From Alphaproteobacteria bacterium (GTDB taxonomy: Bacteria > Pseudomonadota > Alphaproteobacteria > Bin95), in contig CBDBGH010000003.1 of the NCBI GenBank assembly GCA_965205265.1, forward strand, positions 544,001 to 608,000: 64,000 bases of DNA, in the 5' to 3' direction. The notes below the pieces were generated by a model. It saw nothing but the letters and a program-made list of their open reading frames with translations, made no database searches and was not told the DNA's origin. How positions within the stretch are numbered: position 1 is the stretch's first letter; the number at the start of each line of letters is the position of its first letter. The translations under genes and the position numbers were made by a program. Shown piece after piece: positions 61,383-64,000 of this stretch.

Positions 61383-62684
61383 AAGTATTGCGCAATCTTC
61401 TCGGCAGAACTGGTAGAAGAGCTCTTTACGAAAGACTCGGTGTTTCCGCCGCAATACCCGAGAAGTCGCTTCGACGTCGTCAAGTCTCCCGGCATGGCCC
61501 GCATGAGGGGAGAGGACCACCACAGGCTCAGCAGACTCATCGCCAGCGCATTCTCCGAGGAGCGCATGCAGATCCATGCGGACATTCTCGCGGAGCAGGT
61601 GGAAGAGCACTGTGGCAGACTCCGGGCGGGGGAAACGGTCGATTTCCGCTACATATCCGAATGTCTGGCCTGGGAGGCGACGTTCGGCGCCGTGTTCGGA
61701 CGCGACATGCGGCCGAAGGCCGAAGTCGGCAGAATTCTCGCCAGCGCCGTGAAGAAAGGCTACCTGCTCTCTTTTCTGCTAGGCGGATCGACGGTGGCGC
61801 GGTGGCCGTTGCCTTACATGCTGAAGGCGCTGCGCGCTTCGAAGGAGCTCGACGTCATGGCCTACGAGGCGATTCGGCGGGCCAGAGACCCGGCCCACCC
61901 CGGCCACGATATCGTGTCCCATCTGTTCCGCGCCTCGGAGCGGGGGCTCTACGATTGGCGTTTCGAGAACGACACCGCGCTTCGCGACGAGGCCTTCTCG
62001 ATCGTGTTCATCTCCTATGAGACGCAGGTCATTCCGCTCGTCTACAGCGTGTTCTACCTGTCCCGAAACGCTGCCGTGCGGGAACGTTTGGCGCAGGAAG
62101 CCGATGAAGTGGTCGGCGACCGGCCTCTCCGCGGAGCGGATTTCCCCGACCTCCGGTACGCCCAGGCGGTCTTCAAGGAGCTTCTTCGCATACAGCCGCC
62201 GGCCGAGACCTTTGTGCCGCGGCCCGCACTGGAAGACACCAGCCTCGCCGGCTACGCCATCCCGCGGGGAACGGTGATACAGGTTCCCTTGCACGTGCTC
62301 CACTCGCGCGCGGATTATTGGGACCGCGCCGACCGGTTCGTCCCCGAGCGCTGGTTGTCCGACTCGTCGGATGAGGCTGCCGCGTGCCCGAAAGGCGCAT
62401 TCGCGCCGTTCTGCGGAGGACCGCGCTACTGCATTGCTGCGCCCTTTGCGACCGTGCTCCTGGTCTTCGCCCTGACAAGCCTGGCGAGGAGGGTTCGCCT
62501 CGAGCCGGTCGTGGACGAGATTCCGAAACGGTTGAGCGCAGATGTCGGCTTCTTCGACGGCCCGATCTTCGCAACAGTAAGGGAGCGCAGCTATTCCCAT
62601 GCCGCCTGAAAACGGGGTCGGCCGGGCCGTCCAACCCGGCATGGCGGCACGCCAGCGCGCAAGGAGTCAGCCGGGAGACAGCCC

Positions 62685-64000
62685 ATGACAGCCGACACAA
62701 ACGCCAGACCGTCCCTGCCCCCCGGCCCGAAGGGACAGGGGCTCAAGAATATGCGCCGACTGGCGAGCGACCTGAACGGGTTCATGGAGTCCCTGCACGC
62801 CGATTATGGCGACATCGTTCACTACGAACTGCCGGGGGCGAAGTGCTGCGCCGTCTTCTCCGCCGAGGCGATGAAGGAAGTCATGGTGGATCGGGAGCCC
62901 ATCCTTCCCCCCGCCTATCCCTGGATGCATTTCGACATAGTCAAGTCCCCCGGTCTGGCGAGATGGCGGGGAGCGGACCACAAGCGGCTCACCGCGGTGC
63001 TGGTCGATGCGTTCAACGACGAGCACATGCAGCACTATTCCCAAATGCTCGCCGAGCGGACCACGACTTATCTCGAACGGCTTCGTCCGGGCGGAACGGT
63101 CGATATCGTGGCAGAGTTCGAGCGCCTTTCCTGGCAGCAGACCCTGACAGCCCTGTTCGGCACGGACGCCAATATGCGCCAGGAGATCGGGAGGCCCCTG
63201 CTGAAGTCCGTGAAGATGGGTTTTGTCGTCGAGGCGCTGCCGGGGAGACGGCTGGTCGAGCGCCTTCCGCTGCCCTTTGTCCGGCGTGCGAACAGGGCGG
63301 CGAAGGAGCTGGACGTTCTGGCGTATGAGGCAGTTCGCAGGGCAAGGGATCCGGATCATCCCGGCCGGGATGTCGTATCCCACCTCGTGCGCACCACCGA
63401 GGAGGGGCAGGCGGACTGGAAATACAACAATGACGAGGAGATCCGCGACGAGGCGTATGCCTTGCTCTTCGGAGCCTACGAGCCGCCCGCCATGGTGCTC
63501 GTTTATGCGCTCCACTATCTGGCCGGGAACCCCGACGCCCGCAGCCGGCTTGAGGAGGAGGCGGATACCGTGCTCGGCGGGCGGCGGATCGAAGGCGCGG
63601 ATCTCGAAAATCTGGAGTATGCGCGGGCGGTGGCCCTGGAGACGCTCCGGTTGCAGCCCGTCGCCGAGCCCCTGGTAGGACGCGTCGCGCTGGAGGACAC
63701 GACGCTTGGCGGCTATTCCATTCCCAAGGGCACCCGGGTGCAGGTCTCGCCGCGCGTGCTTCAGCGCAGGCCCGAATACTGGGACAAAGCCGGGGAATTC
63801 AAGCCCGAACGCTGGCTCGCCGACCCGCATAAGAGCGAACTCGGATGTCCGGCGCACCCGTTCCTCGCTTTCTGCAAGGAGCCGCGCCAGTGCCGGGGCG
63901 CGCGCTTCGCCACGGCGCTCATGGTCTGCGCTCTGGCCAGCATCGCTCGACGGTTCCGGTTCGAGCCGGTCGGGGATATGTTGCCGCAGCGCAAAGGGAT
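62685..64000 (+). CDS. Cytochrome P450 (paralogue 3, runs off right edge)
   Basis: Own translation from ATG 62685: LPPGPKG, ETLR, FKPERW, FCKEPRQCRG. Confidence 0.9.
   Translation, partial: MTADTNARPSLPPGPKGQGLKNMRRLASDLNGFMESLHADYGDIVHYELPGAKCCAVFSAEAMKEVMVDREPILPPAYPWMHFDIVKSPGLARWRGADHKRLTAVLVDAFNDEHMQHYSQMLAERTTTYLERLRPGGTVDIVAEFERLSWQQTLTALFGTDANMRQEIGRPLLKSVKMGFVVEALPGRRLVERLPLPFVRRANRAAKELDVLAYEAVRRARDPDHPGRDVVSHLVRTTEEGQADWKYNNDEEIRDEAYALLFGAYEPPAMVLVYALHYLAGNPDARSRLEEEADTVLGGRRIEGADLENLEYARAVALETLRLQPVAEPLVGRVALEDTTLGGYSIPKGTRVQVSPRVLQRRPEYWDKAGEFKPERWLADPHKSELGCPAHPFLAFCKEPRQCRGARFATALMVCALASIARRFRFEPVGDMLPQRKG

Larger units (their letters stand above)
59168..62609 (+). pseudogene. 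Cytochrome P450 (paralogue 2) disrupted by IS1634
   Basis: N-terminal part 59168-59466 and remainder 61383-62609 join in frame; ELLR, PERW, FCGGPRYC. Confidence 0.88.

Noticed and set aside
59321-61528. 146-bp repeats as a DGR template/variable repeat pair
   Set aside because: The copies are identical, with no adenine-specific differences, and directly flank IS inverted repeats.

Overview
High-GC alphaproteobacterial chromosome segment (Rhodospirillales-like by gene content: apbC-hflK-hflC-DUF2065, erpA-xth, fdhD-mobA/moeA; taxonomy is inference). Bases 1-38.2 kb hold housekeeping and acyl-CoA/redox catabolic genes, two small toxin-antitoxin pairs and a tandem pair of large PcfJ-like paralogues. 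Bases 38.3-64 kb are a mobile-element island. A 14.4-kb segment (38271-52689) is bounded by two different IS66 elements and one shared 8-bp target duplication (ATACCACG). It carries IS630, a secreted cyanovirin-N-like (CVNH) lectin gene and a FicA/FicT pair. The right-hand IS66 is parasitised twice by RNA-guided elements. An IS110/IS1111 element sits in its left inverted repeat, and its non-coding end contains guide-like matches to IS66 termini and to its own donor junction. A group II intron sits in tnpC with EBS1/EBS2 pairing to the KYADH codons, and an IS21 lies inside that intron. Further right, an MpaB/DUF2236 oxygenase, an SRPBCC protein and three atypical P450 paralogues form a cluster. 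The oxygenase is split by a second IS66 copy and one P450 by an IS1634 with a 146-bp target duplication. No rRNA, tRNA or CRISPR array was seen. All family calls are by eye from motifs; no searches were run.
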